A stretch of 62,108 nucleotides of DNA, filler included, from Dimorphilus gyrociliatus (lineage: Eukaryota > Animalia > Annelida), in the NCBI GenBank assembly GCA_904063045.1. It is 4 parts of 4 records of this genome, joined end to end, with 100 filler letters (N's around TTAATTAATTAA, not from the genome) between each part and the next. Parts side by side here need not be neighbours in the genome. Positions count along the whole stretch, not along the records: positions 18,111 to 46,938 come from CAJFCJ010000136.1; 3 more parts are not named here. One strand, written 5' to 3'. Under the pieces are notes generated by a model, which ran no database searches, was not told the origin of the DNA, and was given only the letters and a program-made list of their open reading frames with translations. Shown in pieces: positions 33,845-47,038 of this stretch. A program made the position numbers and the translations under genes. Position 1 is the first letter of the stretch, and every line of letters starts with the position of its first letter.

Positions 33845-36299
33845 TGGACTTAGATGCATGTCAACAAATAATAAGTTTCCTTTACATTTAACCTGAGCTG
33901 AACATTTGTATCTATTTCTTCATAAATAATACATTCTATTAAATTTTTATGTTGTATTTTCATTTTATTCTATTAATGAGGTATTGTAGGAATTTCTTGT
34001 AAATTGCCAAGATAGATCTTTTTTCTTGGCTCAAACTGGTCCTCTAGTTATCTGAGGAAATTAGGGAACAAATATGTGACCTACTAGAATGGATGTCAAC
34101 ATAGGAAAAATTTAATTTTAATATTTGAGTTAAATATCAAGTATCTACAATTGGCTGTAGAATTGAAGAAAAACCATTGTATGTGTGCACTTTGATATAA
34201 TGATATATGAATACTTAGACTTTAGTTATAAGGGTACAGCAGAAAGACTTCTATTTCATAGCAATTACAATGGTTCAACTATAGAAATACTTCTATTTCG
34301 TACCCATTATAATGGTGCAACTTTAGAAAGACTTTTATCTCCTAGATTAGCTTTTAGTACTTTAGAAATAACTTGATTTTGTAAGAAATAGACTCTTTGA
34401 CCATTGCAGATGGTGGCTACTTGGGAATTAACAATGGAACAAAGAACATGGAAAAGATGCATGTCAAACACCAGATGCTGATGAGGCAGGCCTGTTGGCT
34501 GTGGCACATGTTTGGCATGTGGCTCTAATCTTAGGATTATATTTTATATGTGTGATATAACAAGTCTTTCATATTTTTGTTACACGAGAATTATGAGACT
34601 GTCAGATTTGAACTTTGTAATCCTTTGACCACTTGAACCCAAGCTTTGAGAAATGTATAAAAGGAAATGCATTTCCCCACCTTGTCAGTTCAGTTCTTTA
34701 ACTGTTAACTGGTTGTTTAAACTTACTTGTTTAGAACAAGAAACTCATTTACTCAATACATATTCTTTAAATGAAATACTGCCATTTTGTTGATTAATTT
34801 CTACCGAAATTACGTTTCTTAAGACTATTTTGTGTAGAAACTTGAAAAGTTCTATTTGTTTGAGTACTTTGGTAAGTTAATAAATGATTGGAAAGGACGA
34901 ATACTGTTCTGAAGAAGCAGAAATTCCTACAATTACAATACAACAAAGTACAGTGTGATGTGTAAATAGAGTGTTGCTCAAAGCTTTTTTAATATTACAT
35001 ATGCATGGTTGAGCTAGTCTGATAAATATATTTTTAATATCTTTTTCTTGCTGTGCATTATTATTCATACAAAAAAATGGTATTTTTAGTAGCACTTTTA
35101 TTGAAGTTGGGGTGTGAACTTACCTTGGTCAGGTGCAGACATATCAATGAACATTCACACCCTAACTCCATTAAAACAAACACTAAACACTATATTTAAC
35201 AACAAGAAAGGTTATAAATTGATGTTTATGCTAGAGAGAAGATATGCGATGTCTGAATGGAGAAGTTTTCAGCATTGGGTATAGTAGGCCTATTCTTTCT
35301 TCTGTTCCACTTTTCAATTTCATTACAATTACTTATATTTGGTTTACAATGTGGAGCCCAACCCAAAACCAAAATCAAAACCTAACCCTCTGTGCAATTG
35401 GGGGATTGCTATAATCTTTAGTGGCTAATCCCTAAATCTAAGCCTTCACTCCTATTCTTTGATTTAAATGGTGTATTTGAAATAAAACACTCAGACACAA
35501 AGAGAGGAAAGTTGTTCAGTGGTAATCTCTGGTGATATTTGTGGTGGTGATCTTTTGGAAAAAGTGTTGAGCAATTTATCACATATAAAAATGTCCGCTG
35601 TCTGCCATTTCTTTGAAAGCTCTGTTCAGTTAATGGGCAATTTCAACAGGTTTGTGGGGCGTTGAAACAGTTGGCAGTTTTAAAAATGTGCGTTTATCAA
35701 CAATATCGGTAAAGGTTTCCCTACACAAAGCTGATGTTGCTTACACCACTACTGCACAATAGGATAACCCTTGACCCTATTTGTTGGAAACAATCTTATC
35801 TTGATTAAAATTTCTTTTTTAAAGTCTAAAAAGACCCCAGAATTGAGCTTAATTCAAAATTTAACTAGTTAAGCTGCTTTGAAGCAATTAAGCTATATCT
35901 GGCACTATAAAAAGACCCCAGCACTTCCAACATATTCCTGGTTTTGTTGGTACACACCCTACTTCTGGTCCTAAGGTTCCCAAAGCTACACCTTTTGTAT
36001 TGAACCCCAAGCCCAAGCAATCCTAATTATTTTTATTCCACTTGGTCACGTGGTTATCTGCTGGGGGTTTTCTTAATCTTAGGAATAAATTATATATTTT
36101 AAGCCTTATTTTTTTATAGATTGACAACATCAAAATTAATATATTCACAAATTGATTTTTGATTTGGTTTATTATCTGTAGATCTAAGAACTAGGCTAGA
36201 AGGTAAGTTAATGAGTTCATTGAGATGTCTAGAGGTTAACCTTGTCAACTACATGACTGAAAAGTAGAGGTAGAAGAGACTGGGTGAGATAGACTATGT

Positions 36300-36800
36300 G
36301 AAATAAGGAAGCAACTGCTGAATTGTTTTTAAGGAAAAGCTATAAATCAACTATGCCACTTTTGCTTGTCACTTGGAAGAAAGGCAGCATGGAGCCAAGT
36401 ATGACCTTACAGTGAATGTTTGTTTACATAGTTTGAGGATTGTCTCGGATATCAAATTATTACTCTGCAGTGGCCAGGTCTTGTTTTTCATATACAGGCA
36501 TTCTATCGTTGTCAGAATTAGAATGATTGATATTAACAGAGAAGGCAGTGTGTTTAGGCTGTGTAGAAGACTTGTGATGAAGAGATGTGTGGTGAGGTTG
36601 ATCACATATATGACACCAGGATTTAGAAGGACAGTTGTCACTGGAATGATCGCTTTGTAGACAGTTGATAAATCTATTTAAAATTCGAATCAGCCTACCT
36701 TTGCCTTCTAGATTGGCATTTGTAAAAAGACAGTAGGCTAGACATTGGGCTCGAATGTCTGGTGGTTGTCTTTGTGAAAATAGATTGAGTTTTTCAAGCT
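36300..36800 (-). pseudogene. BEL/Pao retrotransposon gag remnant
   Basis: Translation of rc 36676-36575 gives RFINCLQSDHSSDNCPSKSWCHICDQPHHTSLH, matching BEL/Pao Gag Cys-His knuckles ending HHTxLH. Confidence 0.75.
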
Positions 36801-37525
36801 GTCAGTGTGCTTTAAAGTCTGGTATTGAACTTTTTCGGATGAGTCGATCTTTTTATTCCTTGAGTTTGAAGTGTCTCTTTCATGAATTTAAATTTTTCAG
36901 ACATTCAAAGTTCCACCATCTTGTCCTCCATTAAATTATGTTATTATTCTTTAATATATTTTTGATAACGTGTTATTTTATCAACTTGTTATAATATCTC
37001 AAATCAAAGATGGCAGCTATGTCTAGAAAAAGAATTTGATAACTATCTCCAACAATGAGGTCAGTTAATGCATTTTTTCATTCTTAACATAAGAAATCAC
37101 AAAGTCCACAAAATGTTTGCCCATGGGTAGATGAGAATTAGTTGGGAACCTTAGAGTTCAAGCTATAGTCCATAAATAGTGGACTTCTATTGAGAGGTTA
37201 AAGTCCACTAATGGTCTTCATGTCGTAGGTACTTGAGACAGTAGGTTCTTTGTGCAAGATTCTCAAGTCAAATTTATTTTCCTGACTAAAGTGAATTCTT
37301 CTGTGTTGGGTTCACTTATTCAAAGGATTACAAAGTTGAAATGTAACAGTCTCATAAAGCACATATAACAAAAACATGAAAAACTGTTATATCATACATG
37401 CTTAACATGTGGCACTGTAAAAACAAGCCTACCCCTTCAGTTTCGGATACAAGAGATTTCATCCTTGAATATGCTTGTTTATAATCTTCCTTTTTATATC
37501 TAATTCACTTATTTTCTTATTTTAG

Positions 37526-37790
37526 TATTGAATCTTTCAACTTACACAACCAAAGAATAGAATATGAGGAAAATGGCAGAAGGTTGAATTGCAAACTGTG
37601 TTTGTCAAGGATAGCAAATATATTAACAATTCCGTGCAATCACATGGTTATCTGCTCATGGTGCTCGGATACATTTTCAACATCTAGATGCATTTTGTGT
37701 AGAAACATTGCTACAGAAATGATTAGTATAAAGAGTGATTTGAACAGTTTTAGTTTCATAGATATGAAACGTATGAGAAATTTGCATTGA
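37526..37790 (+). CDS. C-terminal RING-HC finger exon (IAP/MIB-type spacing)
   Basis: CKLCLSRIANILTIPCNHMVICSWC...CILCR, preceded by a splice acceptor. Upstream exons not resolved. Confidence 0.7.
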
Positions 37791-39859
37791 CTGACTATTA
37801 AAATCAATTTTTAATTGTCATTAGTTTACTGCTTTTGTCTATTTGCTTTCTAATTTACTCCTGATGACGTCTCCAAATATTGTGATTGTCTTCCTGAGGT
37901 TCTACCCTGAGGTTATCATTTCTTCATCACAATCACTGATTTGCTCTGCTAACCTATCAAATACACTGGCTGAATAACCAATTCTTGAATTGAGAGGTGA
38001 AACTTGCATGTTTAGGATTGATTGTCTTTTCTATGTTCATAGACAGTTAGTTTTTTTGTAGCAGCCTTCAGTCCTTTTCTTATTCCTAATAATAAGCATA
38101 TGTACATTTATATGCAGATCTTTTATTAGTAAAAATTATCTATTCTAAGATAATATCTATCTTTAAAATCTTGATGATGATTGCATATCATACATAAAAC
38201 CTAAGTAGTCAAAAAAAACTGAACAAAATAAAAATGGCAACAAATCCTTTAACATCAGCTATAACTTATCAGGAACAACATTAATTACAATGAATGTATG
38301 GCTTATTTTTGTATAAGAAATATTTCAATGCAGACAATTCAAATGAATCAAAATCAGCCATAAAATTGTCTTAAGAAGTTGACATTCAAGGAAAAAAGAC
38401 TTTGAAGATTAATCATAAAAAACAAACTACTTTAAATGATAAATAATTTAGAAAGCTTAAACAAAACACTTCATTTGAATGATAATAAATATAAACTATT
38501 ATAAGAGGCTAAAAAACCAGATATATCTATCACTTAGATTAATTATCTCTATCAGCAAAAGTCCCTAAGCCTTCTTAAAATATTTTGCATTGTAAAAATT
38601 AAAAGGCTTTCTATTCTAATCTTCTTAACTGCTGAAAATTGATCTCAACAAACTTTGCCTGCCTTTATCTTAACTTTAACACAGCTCTTGTCTATAAACT
38701 TGGAGCTTTTTAAATGTTTTTTTTAGTCACATTCCACCAATATCAGCTTTTTTTGGAATGTACTTCACTTATTTTTGAAGCTACCATTTAGTAAATCTGT
38801 CCTCATTCCAGACAAATTAATGTCTTTAAATGTTTAAAAACATTTGTAAGGAATCTGTGAGAAAATGGCCAATTTTTTTGGTTTTTAACCCAAACTATCA
38901 GTTCAGAACTTGCACAAACTGAAAAAAGGATTAAAATAGAAATTTTCCTGATTTTAAATTGGGGCAAATAATTACCAATCGTTCCATTTAGAACGCAAAA
39001 AATTCAGATCAAAGGTTGATATAAAAAAGCACTCTTTATTACTGTATTAATCAATTATTGCACAGAACAAAAGTAGGTCAACTTAGCCTATCTTTATCAT
39101 TTGAAATCAAATAGCTCACTAGGAGTTCAATACCACTTATCAATAATTATTTTAAATAAATTTTTTATTGAAAGAGGCTGGCACAACTCACATCTTCATT
39201 AAAACCAACAGAAATACTGCTGTCATTGTTCTTTGCCTTCTGGTAGAAGTTTTATCTTCTTCTTAATAACTCCACTGAGTGAACAGACTCTAAGAAGAGA
39301 TTAGAAAAGAGAGACAAGACTCTCTTTATAACTTCAAAATATTTTATATTAACTTCAACCAAACGAAATGATGGAGAATGAAAAATATTTCATTTCTTCC
39401 AATCATTCTGATGAATTCAAATTTGAAATTTCATGATTTATAATAAATTGGATTTTATTTGATTGTAATTGCAGGAATATCTATTTTTCCTAATCTATCA
39501 AAGTACTCACAGTAATACAATCTTTTAGATTCATTGACAAATAGTGTTTTACAAAAATGTATCTGAAAAACTGTTAAATTAGAAGAAATGACATTTTGAT
39601 GTCTTGAAACCAAAATTGTTGTAATTATACTTTAAATTCTGAAAAAGACTGAATGTTTTAGAATCAAGCAGTAGGCTTGATTTATAGAAATATCAAACAA
39701 GTAGTCATTTCGCAATGGAATGAATAGTGAAGCATATGCTGGTTGTTAATAATTGAACCATGGAGAATTTTTTGTTTGAAACTACAGTTGCTACTGAACT
39801 ATTTAATTGAACACAAGGTTGGTTGTTGGTTTCTTGGCACAATTGGGAATAGTAGCTTT

Positions 39860-40618
39860 AACTTGGAAGAAAAGAAAACAATGGTAAAAACAAAGTTTTG
39901 TCCAGAAATTTTTGTCTGTTTATTTTCTATTTTTTTAGTCAAAAGCTGTAGCTTTTATTATACTAGCTGTCTTCATTGGAATTGCAGTTTAGCTTTAATT
40001 CTTGGACTTTATTTTGGATTAAAAAAGAGCAATGATAGGAAATTGATTCTGTAATATTTTTATTTCAAATATTACAAAAGTTATTGAAAATTTTTTAATA
40101 TTAAACACACTACCCCAGAAGGAACTTTAACAACAAAGCCAACAAGGTTCAAATCCATTAGATATATCATGTGGAAAGACATTTAGTGAATTGAGCAGTA
40201 GGATAATTGGTGGTGTGAAGACAAATATTATAAATGTTCCCTGGCAGGTTCAATGCAATAAATTATTATTTTAGGTTAATGTTTAATACAAAATTTATTT
40301 TAAATAAATAGGCTTTCTTGGAAATTAAAAAGGGTAGTAAAACAACCCTTTGTGGAGGAGTGATTATCCATTCAATTATCAGCAGCTCACTGTATTAAGG
40401 ACACTGGGTAAAATAATATTAATTATAAAACTAACTCTTAAAACTACTTTTTTTTAATTTATTTAAAATAGAAGTTACACTTTCAAACTTGGAATTGATG
40501 ATTTAGAAAATGTATTAGAAAATACTACATTCTCTGCTGAAAAAGTCTGGGTACATGATAAATACAATGCACTCACTTTTGAAAATGATATTGCACTTTT
40601 TCGAATTAATAAAAAAAA
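39860..40618 (+). pseudogene. Trypsin-like (probably type II transmembrane) serine protease truncated by a MULE
   Basis: Hydrophobic anchor ...LALILGLYFGLKK; CGKTFSELSSRIIGG...VPWQV; FCGGVII...SAAHC; HDKYNALTFENDIALF, then the transposon. No GDSGGP seen. Confidence 0.8.
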
Positions 40619-42860
40619 GGATGCGACAGAAAACGTCCATGAAAGAAAATGTCCATAAACTGAAAGAAAACGTCCATGAACTGAAAGAAAATGTCCATAA
40701 AGTGAAAGAAAACGTCCATAAACTGAAAGAAAACATCCATGAATCAAAAGAACACATAAAATAAAGAAATTTTCATTTAAATATAAATATATGTTGAAAA
40801 ACAAATTAACACAAAACTTTATAAAAACTGGTAGAAATGAAGAAATCTTCAGGAAAAGAGATACAAAACATCAACTTCCTCTTCTATTTTCACTCTCTTG
40901 AGGTAATATGAAATTTTTAATTTTTTGAGGTTTTTTTGTTCTTAATAATCTCTGTGATTAAAAAGTTATTGATTATTTTATTAATAATCAATCTAACATA
41001 AATTTAGCAATTTTATTTGTTAATGAAGTTTTTTCTCAATGTTTTTGTCAAAATACTAATTGTTACATAAATAATCATAATAATATGACAAATTCATTTA
41101 TTAATTTTAGTTTAACTCTTCTTTTTCTCCAATATTTTAGAAAAAATATTGAATAATGGACAAGTGTTCTATTTGCAATGATAAATTTGTTGGTAGGCAA
41201 ATAAAAGGCCAATGCTCATTGTGCCTGCATATTTGTCATATAAAATGTCTGCATGGTTTGTACTATCTTCTATTTGAAAAACATTTACTGTTTTTTTTTC
41301 TTCCAGATTCATCAACAGCATCACCACTCTGTTTTATTTGTTATAAAATAACTAAAAAAACCTGTTTTGTGATGTTAAAGAGAATTGATGAACCAAAAAA
41401 ATGCAGGGAAAGTGTACCAATAAAAAGTAATTCTACTGCAAAACTTAATGAGAAGGAAGAAGCAATTGTTGAATATCCAGAAAAGAATATTGAGGAGAAT
41501 AACAGCATGACTGAGGAAAAATTAAAAATTGATGAGAAAGGAGACAATAATCAAGGACAAGAAAAGAGTACTGAAGAGTTCACAGAAGAATTGAGGTTAT
41601 CTATATCAAATATAATTAATTGTAAAGAAGTGGCAAATTGGAATAGAAGGAAGAACAGGCCTATTGTACCCAATGATAAAAACTTTGAGCTGAATATGAC
41701 ATTCATTCCTCCTGAATTTTTAAAGAAGGATATAAATATGAATAATGAGAGGATCATTATCTTTGCAACAAATCATCAATTGGAGCTTTTGTCAAAGGGG
41801 AAAATTTGGTACCTTGATGGTACTTTTAAGATTGCCAATGAACCTTTCATTCAAATGTACTCTATTCATGTATTTTTGAAAAAAAATGGACAGCTTAAGC
41901 AAGTTCTTCTAAAAAAAAGAGAGCATATAAACTACTTTTCCAGGTAAGAATTACATTTCATAAATATACTTACTAATAAGCAATCATGTTAAATTTTTAA
42001 GGCTGTGAAGGATTTAGCTGAAAATTGTGCTCCTAAGAAAATAGTCTTAGACTATGAAAAGGCTGTTTGGAAAACTTTACAAAATATATGGCCTGATGCT
42101 GTCTTGACTGGATGTTCATTTCACTGGTCTCAGGCAATATTTAGAAAAATTCAGGTTTATTGATTTCTAAAATTTTTAACAATCCAGTTAATATTTTTTT
42201 GTTTAAGGAACTTGGTTATAGCAGGGAATTTAGAAAAAAAGAGGGAGCTTGGGAATCCAGGAGAATGATTATGTCTTTGCCATATTTGCCTCATGGCATG
42301 ATTGAAAATCAATTCACTAAAATTCAAAATCAACTGACAAAAGAAAATAAACTGTCTGATTTGTTGGACTATGTGTCTAATAGTTGGATAAAAAATACAT
42401 TTTGGTCTCCAGAGACTTGGTCTGTTTTTGATCAAAGCATAAGGACAAATAATGATCTGGAAGGTTATCATCAAAGGCTGAATAAAATTGTTGGAGAAAA
42501 TGTTTCTTTTTATTTAGTGATTGATGAGTTAAAGAGGGAAGCAGACATGATAAATCTGTACAAAAAGCTTTTAAGGAAGACTTATAGCCAAATTCAAAAA
42601 GATCTTTTCTTAATTTGGGAAAATTTTAAAACAGGTGAAATTAATGCAAACCAGCTTCTGCAGCTTTGCTCAGAATTATATTATTGAAAATAATTGACAA
42701 TACCTTGATATCAAAAAACTTTACTTGAAAACACTGGTCATTTAATTGTAAAACTTGAAAAAAGTTTGTCTTTCTTTTAAAGTTGTTTACAAATAATCAA
42801 TAAACAATTTATATGGTAAACCTAAAGTTGTATATATAAAAAGTTTTCTATTAACTTGTT
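40619..42860 (+). mobile_element. Second MULE copy, inverted relative to the first, 3'-truncated
   Basis: Reverse complement of 28778-31035 minus one 16-bp repeat unit. Transposase at 41156-42687 has the same ORF translations. Confidence 0.95.
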
Positions 42861-43408
42861 AATAGCATAATCCATTTTTGGTGATAATTGTTGTATCACA
42901 CACTACTTGAACTGATTTTAATTCTGTACAAGTATTTAAGGTTGTTAGATCACCAAGCCATGTACTGTGCATTCCATGCTTAGATCCAAGTATTGTTGGT
43001 AGTTGAGGTGCCAATGGTGTAATGGAGTAATGCTCTAATTGGACCAGTACTTTGGTAAATTGATAAATGATTAGAAAGGACGAATACTGTTCTGAAGAAG
43101 CAGAAATTCCTACAATTACAATACAACAAAGTACACTGTCTATCAACCAAATCAAAAGAATGGGCTCTATATTGGAAAAAGGAGTTAAGATAACAGATGA
43201 ATAAGTAAGCATTGATGCTATCACTGAGAATGATGTTGTTAATAATGGTTCAGATGTTGAAAAAAATGGAAAACAAAACGATGAAGACATCACACAAGTT
43301 GTGGGAAATAGTTATGTTATTGTTCAAAACAATTATACAGAAGCTATGATTGGGTGTAACATTGAAATAACAACAGAAATTGAATTCATATTCTGGCAGC
43401 TAATATAT

Positions 43409-45763
43409 GTTTTGTAGTTATCTCTTTTATATTAGACATATCTTATTACATGAATAAAATATTACACATCTTTTTTTCTAATTTTTCATATTTTCATTCA
43501 AATATTAAACCATTCTTCATATAAAAAATTACTGTGGATGTTTTCTCCTAAGCTATGGACATTTTCTCCTGTGGACAGTTTCTCTTGTGGACATTTTCTC
43601 CATAAACCATTTTTTATACATGAACACTTTTTAAGTAAAGTGGCTAAAGAATCACAAAAGTATTCATATTAAATAGTGTACTGCTCTTGCTGGCAAAATC
43701 TATGTGTTTGCAAGTTATAACAATACTGGTTCTACTCGAACCTTTAAACAAATGTTTAAATTAAAACAGTTTATTCGCAATAATAATACTTAAGCAAGTA
43801 ACAATATGAGAGTTCGATAGCAGAGTAGATAGTTTGTAAAAGTAGGTTGTCAAATTACCAAACTGTCTTCTAATGTTGAGGAGTAGATGGATGGTTCCAG
43901 TGGAGGTTGTTTCCAGATGATTTTCCCAGGTCCTTGGGTCCAGATGGAAGCTGCATGCCAAATGACAATAGTGAGGATTTATATACTTTGAGGTTTACCT
44001 TTGACATCCAATCATCACTTTACAGTTGCCAAAATGTGTAGTTCATATTTATCTTTAGTAACAGGATGTTACAAAGTTGAACATTTAGGAAGGTTAATTG
44101 AATTATAACTTGGCCACACCCTAGGCAAGTTAATTAAATTATAACTTGGCCAAACCTTTATTGGTAATTAAAGATGAGCCTTCAAGCTGACTAATCCGAC
44201 CTATGTTTGGCCAATGTTATAGCATTTTCTTGCATAGGTTTTAAGATGTACATGTATATGTTGCATAAAAGAATAGAGTTCAAGCATGTAAAATATAACC
44301 AAAGTTGTACAATAGTATTGAGTTAAGTCTACAGTTTTCTAAAAGAACATCTATATTGAACTAAAGTGCACAAATTTCTACCACAATTACATTTTTTAAG
44401 ACTATTTGTGAATAAAATGGATAGGTTCTATTTGGACCAATACTTTGGTAAGTTGGTAAATAATTAGGAAGAATGATTACAGTTGTGACAAACCAGAAAT
44501 CCCTGCAAGTACAATACAACAAAGTACACACACGGAAAAAACATTTTCATTAAAGCAACAATTAATAAATTGCTTTGGTTTTGTTACTTTCATAAACCAA
44601 AATATGATTCCTTGAAGTTGAATTGTGGACTGTCAACTAAAGAGGTACAATTAATAGTTCACAAGATAAGATATCACAATTACAATTGTAATAAGCAAGT
44701 TTTGGCATTACCATGTTTTTTAAAACAAGAGAGGTTAGAATTTCAGATACTGTAACCTCTATTGAAATATTAAAAGTACAGAATAGTGGGGACTGGTCAA
44801 AAACAGCCATAAATGAAATATATGAAGTTTAGATTTCAAGCTGGGAAATGGTTAGGAGGAACAAGATAAGTATTGATATGTACTTAGGTGGGTCCCATCT
44901 AAGGGTTAGGGGCATTGAAAAGGTTAGGCAAAAGCAAGGGCTAGGTCTTTAGTGCTTAAGGGATTAGCACAATCAGTACAGATTGATAACCTCACAATTG
45001 CACTCACACTTCTAACCTTGTTAGGCTAAAGGTTGGTATGGCTGTTTAGGAATTGCTATAAAAAGTAGCTCTTCCTAGCCTAAGCTATTACTGTATCTCC
45101 AACAAACACCAGATACAGATTCTCAACACAGGTGAAGAGAACCTGCATTGCAATAATATAACAAAATCTCCAAGAAGTAAAGGGATAAAATATAATTGAA
45201 TGGTGAGAATTATTTGAGGGGTATAAAGTCAATTTGAAGGCAGCATAATTACCTTTACCTTGCCTATTTAGCTGGTTGAGTTTAATATCCTCATTTTATT
45301 CAAAACAGACACAAATATTTTTTTCTTAGTTTATTGGACAGTGTAAGAGCTTGACCTAAATTAAAAAGATAAGAATATTATACAATGCTAAAAAATGTTT
45401 TTGTAAGGCTAATTTTAAAGGGTAATCAATAACATTTTGTATTAAAAAATTTTGGATTATAATAGAGAAATAGAGATAGAACCCTCATGAAGAGGAAGAT
45501 AAATAAAGAGAAAGAAAGGACTTCAAGTACAAAGCTGGCATCCAAGTGAAACATAACAGTATTATAGACAACAATACAGAAAGCCTTGAAAGAAAATGGG
45601 AGGGAAATTTAAAAATTTAAAAATTTAAAAATAGATTTAGGTCCAGTCTTACTAGTTTCTGGCATGCTTTATTTTTTTTGGCCTCTGTCACCTTGAGTAT
45701 ATTTCCTGCATTTGAAGTGAAGCATGTCAAACCAGTTTTTCAGGTCTTTTAGTTGGCCTACAT
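43409..45763 (+). repeat. Segmental duplication copy B
   Basis: See copy A. Includes a truncated MITE at 44788-44946. Confidence 0.95.
43677..44311 (-). mobile_element. Solo LTR (duplicated with the segment), TSD ATAG
   Basis: Same sequence and flanks as 31304-31938. Confidence 0.95.
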
Positions 45764-46090
45764 GCTTTCAATATAAGTTGAACCTTATGTATGACCAGAC
45801 AAGGTCAGAATTTGGCTAAATGGTGATTATATTTCTCTCAAAGGTTTTTGAATAAGTAGTACACAGGTATAAAATAGTAACAGATTAATTTTTGTTTACA
45901 GCCTATCAGAAGCATATTACACAGTATTGAGTTATTGAAGTCTTAAACTGGTTTTTTTGCTATTCATTTTATCATAAACTCCATAATGTCAAAAAATATA
46001 AAAGATATATATATATATACATGTATATATATCAACTAGAATATTTTCAACTTTCACACATTTCAAATCTTTTACAAGCTACTTCAAATC

Positions 46091-46430
46091 ATGAAATATC
46101 TTTGGGCATTTGTCTTGTTATTATGCTGGCACATTTTGCAATTTCTGCACCATTTCAAAGTGAATTGATGGAGTTATTGGATGAAAGAGATGAAGGATTG
46201 ATGGAAACTCTTCTTATGAGAAGAATTAGTGAAGAAGGTATTTAATATAGAAAATTTATTCCATAAGCTTTATTTGTACTTTTTCCTTACAGCAACGATA
46301 TATTAGCAGAAATTCTTGTATAAATTGCAAACATGGCAAAATTGATGATTGTGATTGGAGAAGATCATATTGTAAGAGAGTCTATCGTGATCTTTCAATA
46401 TCAGAAAGAAGGGGAGAAAAGCTTATGTAA
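46091..46430 (+). CDS. Secreted prepropeptide with 4-Cys mature region (paralog B); needs small indel corrections
   Basis: MKY(L)LGICLVIMLAHFAISAPFQSELMELLDERDEGLMETLLMRRISEE, a 55-bp intron (46238-46292), then ...ISRNSCINCKHGKIDDCDWRRSYCKRVYRDLSISERRGEKLM*. One T is missing at ~46101 and the frame slips just after the acceptor. Confidence 0.65.
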
Positions 46431-46938
46431 AATTAACAAAAGCTCCACACATTAAGGAAAAACACTAGAATGCACAATTTTTTTAGAGTGGAATGTTTTA
46501 TTACATCTGATATTTTTTCTCTTTAATACATATTTTACAAGATTTATGATTACTTGTATTGTACTTTGTTGTATCATGATTGTAGGAATTTTGTTCTCAT
46601 CCCAAACATATTTGTTGGTACCCCTCATTTAATATTACGCCAAAGCACTTGTCCAAATAGAACCTCAAGTTATAGCTTAATTGCTTCAAAGCAGCTTAAC
46701 TAGTTAAATTTGAATTAAGCTCAATTCTGGGGTCTTTTTAGACTTTAAAAAAGTAATTTTAATCAAGATAAATGATATTATAGCTGATTAGCAAATAGAG
46801 AAAGCATTTAAAATGCCAAAAATCAAGATATATTTTATTCAATTAATCAAAATGGATTTTGTAGGAGATTATTTTAAAAGTGTTCAGTTTTTATTTAAAT
46901 ATTTTCAACTTTACTTTCTTTCCTAGAAATTGTCAAAA

Positions 46939-47038
46939 NNNNNNNNNNNNNNNNNNNNNNNNNNNNNNNNNNNNNNNNNNNNTTAATTAATTAANNNNNN
47001 NNNNNNNNNNNNNNNNNNNNNNNNNNNNNNNNNNNNNN
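46939..47038. other. Artificial scaffold spacer
   Basis: N44-TTAATTAATTAA-N44. Confidence 0.97.

Noticed and set aside
34476-34510. CTGATGAGGC as a second hammerhead; IADGGY as a transposase motif; CGTCLAC as a CXXC finger
   Set aside because: No GAAA core after a stem II. The protein motifs are short, in different frames and interrupted by stops.
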